A stretch of DNA of 64,000 nucleotides from Candidatus Thorarchaeota archaeon (lineage in GTDB: Archaea; Asgardarchaeota; Thorarchaeia; Thorarchaeales; Thorarchaeaceae), in the NCBI GenBank assembly GCA_011364905.1, contig RDNZ01000001.1, positions 64,001-128,000 of the forward strand, read 5' to 3'. The notes beneath the pieces are model-generated. The model had not been told where the DNA came from and did not search any database. It saw nothing but the letters and a program-made list of their open reading frames with translations. A program made the position numbers and the translations under genes. Below are positions 21,180 to 31,042 of this stretch, piece after piece (the stretch's first letter is position 1; each line of letters opens with the position of its first letter).

Positions 21180-22931
21180 TTGGTGGACTCCATGGATAGA
21201 CAGCCACTCTACTACACTGTCTTTATTTCATTCATCCTGATAGCATCTTCGTTTTACCTGTCATGGTCAGTGGACAGAGGTATGGGAGAGGTTTCTGTCG
21301 AAAAAATGTCAATTGAAAGAACACCTGGCCGCTCAATCGATTTTCTAGTCTATTCACCGAGAACCGCAAATCATTACGAGCCTATGCCTATTGTGCTCAC
21401 TATTCATGGTCTTACAGGCTCCAAAGAAAACTTGTATGCATTCAATGTGGAGCTTGCCAGACGAAATTTCACGGTTGTTTCTATTGATCTTCCTGGTCAT
21501 GGTGATTCTACTGTCGCTTTCAACATCACTGATTTTGATGGAATGGCGCAGGATGCCTATGCAGCCCTTCGTTATGTACAGACAACGCTTCCAGGTGTAG
21601 ATAATGAAACCTATGGCGTTCTTTCCCACTCGTTAGGTTTTCGCGTAGCGATTGAGCTGAAGGACTTTCCAGTGGCGCCCAGAGCATATGTTGCTGTTGG
21701 GAATGCTGGTAACCAACCTCAAGATGGATTTGTCGACTTCCCGGACAACCTCTTGTTCGCAATTGGTTCATTCGATGAGATTGTTTCTAGAAGAGATGCG
21801 CTTCAGGCGATTCGATTTGCAACTGGCAATGAAACGGCTGTTGATGGAATCACTTACGGTTCATTGGATAATCAAACAGCGTACCGTCTAGCTTTCGGTT
21901 TTTCGGATCATGCCTCCGAGGTGGTTGACCGTTACCTAATCACCGAAGCGGTTACATGGCTGGTTCAAGGAGTACAAGGACAAGACCAATTAATGCAAAC
22001 TCGAAACCCAGCGGACCAAGTTTCATATCGCAAGAATATAGCAACGATATTGAGTACAATCTTTATCTTTGTTTCAATTTTTCCCGTTATGTGGCTGACT
22101 TACAGCCTGATGCCAGTAAGCCTGAAACCACGGAAGTTTCAGCATGACACCAAATCATATTCTCTTCGTAGGAGCTTTGAAATCAGCTCCGTCTTAGGAG
22201 GGTTGGCTATCGTCATTTTTGTTGCTTCATCGATTCTTGGAATCAACCTTGAGGATGTAGGAATCAAAGGACTGAGTTTAATGTCAGGAACAGGCATTAT
22301 TCTGTTTCTCATTATTGGCGCATCAGGTCTATTCATCACCATGTGGTTGGCACTGGGAAAAGAAGACACTCAAAAAGCATTGACATCTGTCGGTGTTGAG
22401 AAATTGAGAACTAGAGAGCATCTTTCGGATATCCTGAAAAGCCTCGTCGTTGCTGGTGTAGGTATCGCTTGGTTAGACTTCTGGTTGAGAATTGCTCAAG
22501 CTGATGGTGTCCTTCTCCTCCTAGTAAGATTACCAATAGGGGTGCGTTTAGTGGATACCATGGTTCTCACAATCTTAGCAATTCCAATCTTTTTGGTGGA
22601 GGCTGCTTTGGTCCGAGGTGTATTATTAGCTGAACGAGATTGGACGACCCACTATCCAAAATCAGCTTCTGCGATTTTCGCGCTTTTTTTCAGATTTGTA
22701 TTTGTGGCGCTGCTTACTATTGCTGTAGTTTTTCTGACAACGGCGGCTGGTGTTACTGCAGGAAGAATTGTCCTTATCGGTGTCATTTGGGTACGCATAT
22801 TGATTGTGCAAATCCTGGCAGCTGTTTTGATAATTTGGACCTCATTGGAGTTCAATAACACATGGTCCGCTGTTTTTATCAGTTCGTTCATTCTATCATT
22901 GGTGATTGTTACAGCTTTGCCTCTTGTTTAG
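21180..22931 (+). CDS. Alpha/beta-hydrolase fused to a polytopic membrane domain
   Basis: N-terminal TM, IHGLTG, IDLPGHGDS, SHSLG nucleophile elbow, candidate Asp (SFDE) and His (SDHA), about 8 C-terminal TM helices. Confidence 0.82.
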   Translation: MVDSMDRQPLYYTVFISFILIASSFYLSWSVDRGMGEVSVEKMSIERTPGRSIDFLVYSPRTANHYEPMPIVLTIHGLTGSKENLYAFNVELARRNFTVVSIDLPGHGDSTVAFNITDFDGMAQDAYAALRYVQTTLPGVDNETYGVLSHSLGFRVAIELKDFPVAPRAYVAVGNAGNQPQDGFVDFPDNLLFAIGSFDEIVSRRDALQAIRFATGNETAVDGITYGSLDNQTAYRLAFGFSDHASEVVDRYLITEAVTWLVQGVQGQDQLMQTRNPADQVSYRKNIATILSTIFIFVSIFPVMWLTYSLMPVSLKPRKFQHDTKSYSLRRSFEISSVLGGLAIVIFVASSILGINLEDVGIKGLSLMSGTGIILFLIIGASGLFITMWLALGKEDTQKALTSVGVEKLRTREHLSDILKSLVVAGVGIAWLDFWLRIAQADGVLLLLVRLPIGVRLVDTMVLTILAIPIFLVEAALVRGVLLAERDWTTHYPKSASAIFALFFRFVFVALLTIAVVFLTTAAGVTAGRIVLIGVIWVRILIVQILAAVLIIWTSLEFNNTWSAVFISSFILSLVIVTALPLV

Positions 22932-22976
22932 TATCACAAAACCTCGCTACTGTGACATTTGAAGGAAGAATTGCTC

Positions 22977-24200
22977 CTAGTCTTCTACAACTTCAAAATC
23001 AAGCCCTTGGTCTGCGAGCATCTTCAACATGCGATTCAATGCTTTCTCGTCAGGCACCTCTAGAATCATCTCTAACTCAGCTCTATTGGGAGGAATATCG
23101 GGATCAAACCGGTCTTGATTGAGTTCGATAACGCTGACTCCAGAAGATGCTACAGATTTGAGAACTTTGTTCATGCTACCTACTCGGTCAAGAATTGTTC
23201 CTTTGACTCTTACAGACCTACCAAGACGGAAGAGTTCCTTCTCAACCACCCGTGAAAGGAGGGACATGTCAATATTGCCTCCTGACAGCACAGCCACGGC
23301 AGTCTTGCCTTTGACATCTATCTTGTTGTGTTGATATGCTGCGAGACCTACGCAACCAGCTGGCTCAACCACTATCTTGGCGCGTTCCAGTAGCATGAAT
23401 AGTGTTCGGGTGACCTCGAGCTCCTCCACTGTAACAACACCTGAGAGTAGGTCTTTAGCAATCCTGTAGGTCAGCTTTCCTGGTCTTTTTACTGCAATGC
23501 CATCACATATGGTGTCCAAGTTCTTAACATTGACAATTCTACCTGCTTCAATGGATGCTTTCATTGCTGCCGCGGAAGCCGCCTCAACTCCATAGACCTC
23601 AACCTCGGGGCGTTGTTCCTTGACAGCTATGCTGATTCCTGAAGCTAGTCCGCCGCCTCCAATTGGAACCGAAATCACATCAACATCAGGACACTCGTCC
23701 AGGATTTCAAGTCCGATGGTTCCCTGACCAGCAATAACATTCTCATTGTTGAAAGGATGAAGAAATGTTGCACCTGTCTTTTCTGCCAACTCTCTAGCAT
23801 GAGCCAAAGCATCATCAAATGCTGCGCCATGAAGAACAACATTTGCGCCATATCCTTCGGTTGCTTGAATCTTTGCCACGGGTGAAAACACTGGCATAAC
23901 AATGGTCGATTTTATCCCCAATCTTGTTGCCGCATAAGCTGTACCCTGGGCATGATTACCTGCTGAGGCAGCAATCACACCTGCTCTCTTTTCCTCATCA
24001 GAAAGCTTTGACATTGCATATGCAGCGCCTCTCACCTTGAACGATCCTGTTTTTTGAAGATTCTCAAGTTTGAGATAGATATCTCCACCAGTTATTCTAC
24101 TAAATGTGGAAGTATGATCGAGTCTAGTCACGTGTTTGATGTCTTTGAGAACATCTCTGGCATCTAGAATCTTAGAAAAGACCTTGTTGTATTTCCCCAT
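22977..24200 (-). CDS. ilvA: Threonine ammonia-lyase (dehydratase) with C-terminal ACT domain
   Basis: KLENLQKTGSFKVRGA, ASAGNHAQG, PIGGGGL, LSGGNID, single ACT domain. Confidence 0.93.
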   Translation of the reverse strand: MGKYNKVFSKILDARDVLKDIKHVTRLDHTSTFSRITGGDIYLKLENLQKTGSFKVRGAAYAMSKLSDEEKRAGVIAASAGNHAQGTAYAATRLGIKSTIVMPVFSPVAKIQATEGYGANVVLHGAAFDDALAHARELAEKTGATFLHPFNNENVIAGQGTIGLEILDECPDVDVISVPIGGGGLASGISIAVKEQRPEVEVYGVEAASAAAMKASIEAGRIVNVKNLDTICDGIAVKRPGKLTYRIAKDLLSGVVTVEELEVTRTLFMLLERAKIVVEPAGCVGLAAYQHNKIDVKGKTAVAVLSGGNIDMSLLSRVVEKELFRLGRSVRVKGTILDRVGSMNKVLKSVASSGVSVIELNQDRFDPDIPPNRAELEMILEVPDEKALNRMLKMLADQGLDFEVVED

Positions 24201-24250
24201 GGCAATCACATGAGTCACAACTGCACTCTACTAGATTAATGATTCCACTC

Positions 24251-24778
24251 TTAGAGAATAATCATTATGCCAAGAAAGCAGTTTGCCAGTATTGGAAACA
24301 GCAACCAAGTGATATAATTTCCTGGAGGTGCTGTGAATCGGTTCATCCTGGGAGGTATGAATCTAAAATAGCCTCCCTCCACTGGCGTCCAGAGCCATAA
24401 ACCGAGTACTCTACTCAAGAGAGGTTCTAGTAAAATGAGATCACCTATCGAAGCTAACAATCCTGATATTATGCAGGCATAAACACCTTGTGCACCAAAG
24501 GCAATAGCAATCAGAAGACTGGACTGAATTGAGAAAACCCAAAGGAATACTATCCACACTGGAACATTGCGAACAAATGGTCCATTAGTATCTTGTTTTG
24601 TATAGTAATAGTAGCCTTGGGATGAAACTAGATGTTCTCCAGCTAATGCGATAGAAATTATTACCAGACTGTGTGGGATAGTCAACCAACCGAAGTAGGT
24701 CCACATTAGGTTTGAAGTCATGCTGGAAAGAGCAACAAATACAACTAAGAGAAAGAAGTTTTTGACTCTGAGATTCAT
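24251..24778 (-). CDS. DUF422/CruF-like (carotenoid hydratase family) membrane protein
   Basis: NVPVWIVFLW, DLILLEP, LWLW and PPGNYITW match the family pattern VP..I...W / D..LDP / W.W / P..N..GW. Confidence 0.62.
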   Translation of the reverse strand: MNLRVKNFFLLVVFVALSSMTSNLMWTYFGWLTIPHSLVIISIALAGEHLVSSQGYYYYTKQDTNGPFVRNVPVWIVFLWVFSIQSSLLIAIAFGAQGVYACIISGLLASIGDLILLEPLLSRVLGLWLWTPVEGGYFRFIPPRMNRFTAPPGNYITWLLFPILANCFLGIMIIL

Positions 24779-24787
24779 TTGAAGATA

Positions 24788-25072
24788 TCACCGTTTGATC
24801 TTTTCCTTTGCAGATTCAAGCAGATTCGATGTTCTCATTCTAAGAGAGATGACCCATGCCTTCCCAACCTTCTCTTTCTCCATCTTCTGTGCGACCAGGC
24901 TCTTCTGCACTTTCAAAATAAGATCGACTGCCTTGCCAACTGTCCTGCGATCAATTCCTGTGGCTTTGGAGATACCTGAAATTGACATTGATGGTCTGTC
25001 TTTCAAAACCTCGAGGACTGCAGTCATTGCCTTGGGAAGGTCAACACGTGGTGTTGTGAGTGGAAGCTTCAT
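24788..25072 (-). CDS. Small winged helix-turn-helix protein
   Basis: MSISGISKATGIDRRTVGKAVDLI HTH. Start MKLPL at 25072. Confidence 0.75.
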   Translation of the reverse strand: MKLPLTTPRVDLPKAMTAVLEVLKDRPSMSISGISKATGIDRRTVGKAVDLILKVQKSLVAQKMEKEKVGKAWVISLRMRTSNLLESAKEKIKR

Positions 25073-25107
25073 CTCTTTTCGAGTTAATTCTATAAAAAAG
25101 AGGCATA

Positions 25108-25135
25108 TATACATTATTATGTATACATTATTATG
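25108..25135. promoter_or_regulatory. Exact tandem 14-bp repeat (TATACATTATTATG x2); candidate operator
   Basis: Copies at 25108-25121 and 25122-25135, containing the palindrome ATACAT-N4-ATGTAT. Lies just upstream of the minus-strand TATA of the wHTH-DUF422 pair. Confidence 0.6.
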
Positions 25136-25332
25136 ACCATATCATGGATATTAATTCTCGCAAACTAGTGGGGACATATCTTTTACTCTCTTAAACTAAT
25201 TTGATTCATATAGATATCTCATGGGAGAGATGTATTATTGAATTAAAAGGTCGAATCAATCAAGGTCCTCCATGTTAAGTACGCGAACCATGTATCATCT
25301 TAGGTTCCCGAAACACCCTTTTGATTCCAGAG

Positions 25333-26247
25333 TTACTCTTTCAGTGTGTACGTCGAATATGTTTCAACAGTTTTGAATCCAAGAAGCTCGTAAAGATATC
25401 GAGCTTTGTTACTGAGTGTTACATCAAGCTCAATCTTACTGATGCTCGATTCAGACTCCAATAGCTGCTTCATAGAATGAATAAGCAGGGCTCGCCCCAA
25501 ACCTTTGCCGCGACTACCAGGGTCAATCACAATGTCTGAAATGTATCCAGCATCCTCACTCCTAGTTGTAATAAAACAAGCGCCTATTGACACACTGCCA
25601 TCGCGAAGAATCCAAGAAGTCCCTTCTTTGTATTCTCCATATCGGCCTTTTTCTATATTCTCTACAAGCCTAACGCAATTGTCTGGTGAACCAAAGAAAT
25701 CAGGGAAAACCTCTTGGTCAACGTTTCCGTAATTTCCTCGAAAAATCAGATCCGATATCTCATCACGCTTTGAAGATTTGTAAGGTTCAAAACTCATGCC
25801 ACTTGAAACAACAGGTACAGCCAACGATTCAATTTGACTTCGAGGTATTGCCATGGAAGCGCGGTCGTATTTAGCAAACCCAATATCTAGCAGATGCTGA
25901 GAAATAGATGCGGAAATCCAATGTATCCAAGAGCCTCCAGTAGCAATGTAGGAATATTGTCCAAGAAATTTATTGCATATTTCATTGATAAGCTGCTTCT
26001 CTATCTCTATGTCACCATTGGCATAGATAAGCAAAATTCTGCCGCTCGCCTTTCCGAAAAGCCCAATTCCCTTAAGGTTCTGTTCCTTGTCATATGCCCC
26101 GAATAAACCATTCTTCCCATTGGAAACAGAGGTCTTGAGTTGTTCGAGAAAGGTCTCAGATATTGACATCTCACGAAACGCCTCTTTAAAGCGTTCAATA
26201 AGTGGGCCCATATCAACTGTCTTCTCAAATTCGACTACCTTGATCAT
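25333..26247 (-). CDS. GNAT family N-acetyltransferase (tandem GNAT-like)
   Basis: IVIDPGSRGKGLGRALL (motif A), LDVTLSNKARYLYELLGF. Confidence 0.88.
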   Translation of the reverse strand: MIKVVEFEKTVDMGPLIERFKEAFREMSISETFLEQLKTSVSNGKNGLFGAYDKEQNLKGIGLFGKASGRILLIYANGDIEIEKQLINEICNKFLGQYSYIATGGSWIHWISASISQHLLDIGFAKYDRASMAIPRSQIESLAVPVVSSGMSFEPYKSSKRDEISDLIFRGNYGNVDQEVFPDFFGSPDNCVRLVENIEKGRYGEYKEGTSWILRDGSVSIGACFITTRSEDAGYISDIVIDPGSRGKGLGRALLIHSMKQLLESESSISKIELDVTLSNKARYLYELLGFKTVETYSTYTLKE

Positions 26248-26298
26248 ATTGAGTAGAAAGTTTATGTAATGAATATCGATTTCCTTTTGCGCAAAAAA

Positions 26299-27003
26299 CT
26301 ACTTCTCGCCATAATTTTGTTGCATCAATTTGACTACCTCATCTCGAGGTAGGATTTCAGCAGCGATAGTTGTCAAAGTCGCTTCTTCCATCTTGCCATT
26401 GGAAATCAATTGATAACCTGCTTGTTTTGTTGCTTCATAAATATGGTCCAGTTGAGCGCCTTGCTTCAATGCGGGTTCAATTATCCAAGCATATGGTCGC
26501 AATAAAGCTCCAACATATTCTCGATTCATGTTCTTGCTGATAGCTTTCACATGGGCAATAAGTGGATCGAAGTTATCCATCTCAGTAAAGCCAGAAACAG
26601 ACAGTAATGCTATCTTACCTGCTTTAACCCCCTCACGAAGAGCGTGTCTACAATGGTCATCCCGAAGCTCAAAGGCACCATGAAGGAGAGGTATCGATCT
26701 GTCAAGGAGTGTCTTGAGAGAACCTGTCATTCCATCGACATAGACAGGTGTGGCGAGAATGACAAGGTCCGCATCAGCAATACGTGAAAGAACAGCAGCC
26801 ATTTCATCATCCTGGATGCATTTCCCCGGTGTGCTTGTCCAACAATTGAAACATCCACGACAGTCGCCAAGTTCAAGACCTTTTGAGTAGAGAAGGTCCA
26901 CCTCAGCCCCTGCTTCTTCCATTCCTTTGATAAAATGCTTGAGTAAGCCCCCTGTTGCGCCGCGGTCCTTCCTAGGGCTACCATTCATCACTAGTACTTT
27001 CAT
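26299..27003 (-). CDS. Iron-sulfur flavoprotein / flavodoxin family (NADPH-dependent FMN reductase-like)
   Basis: NGSPRKDRGAT, CRGCFNCW...GKC, LATPVY, LKTLLDR. Confidence 0.88.
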   Translation of the reverse strand: MKVLVMNGSPRKDRGATGGLLKHFIKGMEEAGAEVDLLYSKGLELGDCRGCFNCWTSTPGKCIQDDEMAAVLSRIADADLVILATPVYVDGMTGSLKTLLDRSIPLLHGAFELRDDHCRHALREGVKAGKIALLSVSGFTEMDNFDPLIAHVKAISKNMNREYVGALLRPYAWIIEPALKQGAQLDHIYEATKQAGYQLISNGKMEEATLTTIAAEILPRDEVVKLMQQNYGEK

Positions 27004-27125
27004 GTTGGTTACCTCTTCGCTTTTCTTAATTCATTACACATAAGCTTTGTACTTCGTTCTAACATGCTATTGGCAAAATCATATTCCTCTACTTCTGATG
27101 GTTGTACCATTTAGGGGAACTCTCT

Positions 27126-28268
27126 CTAGAATACTCGGTGTTTAATGTCAAGCCCTCTATCCCGGAGTTCCTTGATGAATGAATCAGGAGGAATGCATCG
27201 TTCAGGGGTAAGGACACCTCGCTTGGAGATTCGACCATCAGCCATCATCATTGCTGTTACTGCTGCAGGATATGATGTAGTTCTCATCATTGATGTGAGT
27301 CCAGTTTCATCATCAAAGTAATCGATTAGTTCGTACTCAATGTTCCGCGACTCAGTGCCCTTCCAGCCATCAATCATGATCCGCAGAAGGGTCACATCCT
27401 TTCCTGTGGGAGGTAGATTCTTCTCAAGAAGTTTTTCGAGGACCTTACGTGGAGCGATTTTGGAACCCTCAACTTCCAGCTCCGTACTATCCATGAGCCC
27501 TAACTTCATTAAACACCACATTTTGTGACCATGTCCTGGATATCGTATGGTCTTGTAGTCGAGTTCGTTAACCTTTCCTTCGTAGGTATTAGGCAACGTT
27601 GAGGTGCCTCCACTCGTATTGAATGCCTCAAGTTTTCCAAATGGCTCAGGAAACGTGATTTCCTCAAAGCCCACCAAAGGCTCTTCTATTGTGATTTTTC
27701 CATCTCTCAAAGCTACACAAGGTTCAATGTACTCGTTGATCAATCCTTCAACAGAAAAGATGAGAGCATAGTTAAGGGGAGGTCTGGGTTCTTGTTGCAG
27801 ACCGCCGACACGAATTTTCACACTCTCTACTCTATCAAGATATTCAATGCCTTCTCTTGCTAGTACATTGACCATTCCAGGTGCAAGTCCACAGTCTGGA
27901 ACCACTGTAACCCCGGCGTCTTTAGCCTTGTCATTCAACTCAAGCTGTTTCTGAACTATTGTCCATCCGCCGCCAAGGTCACACATGTGTGTACCAGTTT
28001 CAATCGCAACCTCGGTATGAAGGACATTGACAGTATAGCTTACTGCACTCACAACTGAGTCGACTTTCGAAAACGCTTTCATGAGCTGATCCCGATTCTT
28101 TGCATCAACTCTTTGTGGTGTGGCCTTGTCGCCTACTTCCTTAGCAAGAGATTCAGCGCATTTCGAGTCAATGTCTGCAACTATGATCTCATCAACACTG
28201 TCCTGTTTAACTAAATCATAAGCGGCACCTTTTCCCATCTGTCCAGAACCAAGAACAAGAACCTTCAT
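27126..28268 (-). CDS. Saccharopine dehydrogenase / lysine 6-dehydrogenase family protein
   Basis: VLGSGQMG, DCGLAPG, VGGL, FSVEGLINEY, YKTIRYPGH, TSMMRTT. Confidence 0.9.
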   Translation of the reverse strand: MKVLVLGSGQMGKGAAYDLVKQDSVDEIIVADIDSKCAESLAKEVGDKATPQRVDAKNRDQLMKAFSKVDSVVSAVSYTVNVLHTEVAIETGTHMCDLGGGWTIVQKQLELNDKAKDAGVTVVPDCGLAPGMVNVLAREGIEYLDRVESVKIRVGGLQQEPRPPLNYALIFSVEGLINEYIEPCVALRDGKITIEEPLVGFEEITFPEPFGKLEAFNTSGGTSTLPNTYEGKVNELDYKTIRYPGHGHKMWCLMKLGLMDSTELEVEGSKIAPRKVLEKLLEKNLPPTGKDVTLLRIMIDGWKGTESRNIEYELIDYFDDETGLTSMMRTTSYPAAVTAMMMADGRISKRGVLTPERCIPPDSFIKELRDRGLDIKHRVF

Positions 28269-28461
28269 TTCAGAATCCTCTCAAATTGCACTATTACACA
28301 TTTAGAAACGGCATGTAAAAACAGTTCCGTACCACGCTTCATATAGCTGGTTTATGCAGCGGGCTCATTTTCTCAAAGAACCATCGAAATAGTTTGACAA
28401 AGAATAAAATCGCCGCACAACTAAAAACACGGTCTGTTCACTCCTTGTCAGTGCGGCATGT

Positions 28462-30354
28462 TTATACTTCTCGTGAGAAAATTGGCTGGAGGGAGATCAT
28501 CTTTGGCAGGAGTAACCTCTGTTTAGGCGCAAAGGATGTCTTGTTGTTTATCTCCTTAACAAGCTCTTTTTCACTCATTACGACCTGGTCCTTTAACTCA
28601 CGCCTTCGAACAGCCAGTTTTCCGCTTTCCTTCTCTTTCTCACCTACGACACAAATGTACGGAATCCAAAGCTTTTCAGCGGACCTGATTTTCTTACCTA
28701 AGGTCTGTTGACGATCGTCTATCTCATAACGAATACCAGCTTTGTCTAGTGACTTGCCTAATGATACACAGTAGTCGATAAAGCTCTCATTAACTGGTAC
28801 CAATCGCACTTGCACAGGAGTCATCCAAAGTGGAAGATGAGGTACTTTACCGGTCTTCAAATCCTTGTATGCCTGCTCGAGCACTCCGTAGAGAATTCGC
28901 TCTATAGAACCCGATGGGGAGGTATGAAGGATCAGAGGATGTTGTTCTTTGCCTTCAGCATCAACATAGGTGATATTGAATCGTTCTCCATTCTCAACAT
29001 CGATTTGTATCGTGCCAAGACAAGCCGCTTTCTTTTGCTCATCGACAACGTTCCACTCGCCCTTGAAGATAAAATAGGCATACCGTTCATCGAAGAGTTC
29101 CAACATGACAGGCTTACCAACTTTCGCTACGACTCCTTCAACGAACTCTTTGTTTTCGTCGAAGAACGAGCGTAGAATCCTGAAGGAAACTTCGTAGGTT
29201 ACCTCTAGTTCGTTCATCAACTTAGTGACGAATACAAGCTGGTTGTTAACAGCGGTTTTTGCCATCTCTACATCTGCAACTATTTCATGGATATCCGGCA
29301 TTGTGAAGGCACGGGGTCTCCTCATGCCAGCCAACTCGCCGCTTTGCTCGCGCCTGTATGATGGAGCTATCTCAAACAGCTTCAGTGGTAGCTGCTTGTA
29401 AGTCACCAGAGCCTGAGATATTAATAGGAATTGCCCAAAGCAGGCCGAGAATCTGGCAAAATAGTCCTTGTCTCCAGACCGCACTACATACTGTCTTGAT
29501 GGGAACCTTTGAAGGTATGACTTCAACGACGGATGTTGATAATCATATATCAGCGGAGTTTGAACAACGTGCGCGCCGTAGTCCACCATCTCCGCAGTGA
29601 CGCGCTCCTCCACTGCTTTCTTCAAAGTCAGACCACGCGGAGGCCACCTGAAATTGCCCGCGTCGGAACCCGGTTCATAATCAACCAGCTCTAGCTGACG
29701 CATTAGCTCTATATGCGGAGGAGGTTCCTGGGCAGTTCTATCCTTTGCAGTTTCGTAGTTGACATAGAGCTCTAGTTCTTTGTGTTTGGCATATTTGAAC
29801 TCCTTCACGGGAGTCATCTTACCACTAGGATCCATGATGAAGAACTCAGACGTGGACTTCTCTTCAGCAACAAGAGCCGTTAGGTCCTCTCCTTCAGTGA
29901 CATCAACATCTGCAGTTTTCGCTATCTCCTTGGATATGTCTAGGACTTTCGAGCGTTCTGCAAGAGGGTGGCCTTTGCAATGAAGTCTAAAAGCTTTGTA
30001 CCAACCGAAGGGAACGCGGACTACTTTGAATCCTCTCTCTTTGAGGTCTTTCTCAACGCCCTTGAGCAGTTTCAGAGCAACCGACGGTTTCGATGGGCTT
30101 TCAGTCAGGTGAACCCATGGGTACACAATGATGTTTTTCTCTTTGACCTCGTCAGCGGCATTTGCTATCATTTCAGAAGTCGCTTTGATTGCCGCGTTTA
30201 CATTCTTGGCATCGGTTGTTTCAGCAGCGATGAAATTGACTAAGCAGGAATCCTCAGTATTATAGGACTTTTCTTTCACTTCTTCTGCGTTCTTGAGCGC
30301 TTTTCTCTTGGCTTCATAGGAAAAGCCATCGCTGTGAATCTGTAGCATCCTCAT
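28462..30354 (-). CDS. thrS: Threonine--tRNA ligase, archaeal type with N-terminal editing domain
   Basis: YPWVHL and PFGWYKAF...CKGHPLAE (editing domain); FSACFGQF, YRREQSGEL, FTMPDIH, ILHTSPSGSIER. Confidence 0.97.
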   Translation of the reverse strand: MRMLQIHSDGFSYEAKRKALKNAEEVKEKSYNTEDSCLVNFIAAETTDAKNVNAAIKATSEMIANAADEVKEKNIIVYPWVHLTESPSKPSVALKLLKGVEKDLKERGFKVVRVPFGWYKAFRLHCKGHPLAERSKVLDISKEIAKTADVDVTEGEDLTALVAEEKSTSEFFIMDPSGKMTPVKEFKYAKHKELELYVNYETAKDRTAQEPPPHIELMRQLELVDYEPGSDAGNFRWPPRGLTLKKAVEERVTAEMVDYGAHVVQTPLIYDYQHPSLKSYLQRFPSRQYVVRSGDKDYFARFSACFGQFLLISQALVTYKQLPLKLFEIAPSYRREQSGELAGMRRPRAFTMPDIHEIVADVEMAKTAVNNQLVFVTKLMNELEVTYEVSFRILRSFFDENKEFVEGVVAKVGKPVMLELFDERYAYFIFKGEWNVVDEQKKAACLGTIQIDVENGERFNITYVDAEGKEQHPLILHTSPSGSIERILYGVLEQAYKDLKTGKVPHLPLWMTPVQVRLVPVNESFIDYCVSLGKSLDKAGIRYEIDDRQQTLGKKIRSAEKLWIPYICVVGEKEKESGKLAVRRRELKDQVVMSEKELVKEINNKTSFAPKQRLLLPKMISLQPIFSREV

Positions 30355-30400
30355 GTAAAGACCTCAACTGATTCTGTGAGGTTTCATTTCTCACTTAAGC

Positions 30401-30997
30401 TTGGCGCAAGGGAGTAATGGAGAATATATAGTTCATTTTCTGAGTGAGAAGTTAAAAGGTGAAAAGGATGATACATTAATCGAAGGGTTTGTTTTGAAGA
30501 CCGAATTGTTGCTGCAATTCTTCAATTTTCTCCAAAATAATGTTGAACCTCTTCCAGAACCATTGAGAACAATTTTCTTCGATTCCCTGTTGCTATGCGC
30601 AATAATAATCCCCATACTTGCTTGTGCGATCTCGATGATACAATATAGAAGAACCAAGAAACGTGTGCAGGACTTGGGATCTTCTTGGGAGGAGGTTGAT
30701 GGTCAAATTCCCAAGACAGAAGATGTATGGCTTGATAACTTGCAAGGCTGTGGTCTTATACTACTAATTGTCTCTGCCGTCATATTTGTTATACTCTTTG
30801 TCATTTTTGGTGAAATAGTTCGTGATGTCACTGTAGTTATTCTGTTTAGTTTCGCGATTTTGTTTATAATGGTGATATGTCCAATAATGATGATTTGGGC
30901 TGTAAGAGTAGAATCTAGAAGGAATGCCGAGAGAATCAAACTGGCAGAGGAAAAGAGAACAAAACAAGAAACCGGAGACAACACGGAGTTCATGTAA
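30401..30997 (+). CDS. Hypothetical membrane protein (3 TM); start uncertain
   Basis: Three hydrophobic segments; fills the gap between thrS and the thiolase. Confidence 0.6.
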   Translation: MAQGSNGEYIVHFLSEKLKGEKDDTLIEGFVLKTELLLQFFNFLQNNVEPLPEPLRTIFFDSLLLCAIIIPILACAISMIQYRRTKKRVQDLGSSWEEVDGQIPKTEDVWLDNLQGCGLILLIVSAVIFVILFVIFGEIVRDVTVVILFSFAILFIMVICPIMMIWAVRVESRRNAERIKLAEEKRTKQETGDNTEFM

Positions 30998-31042
30998 ATT
31001 CTCACCAAGCTCAATATAAGGCACAGATACAGATATGCAAAC

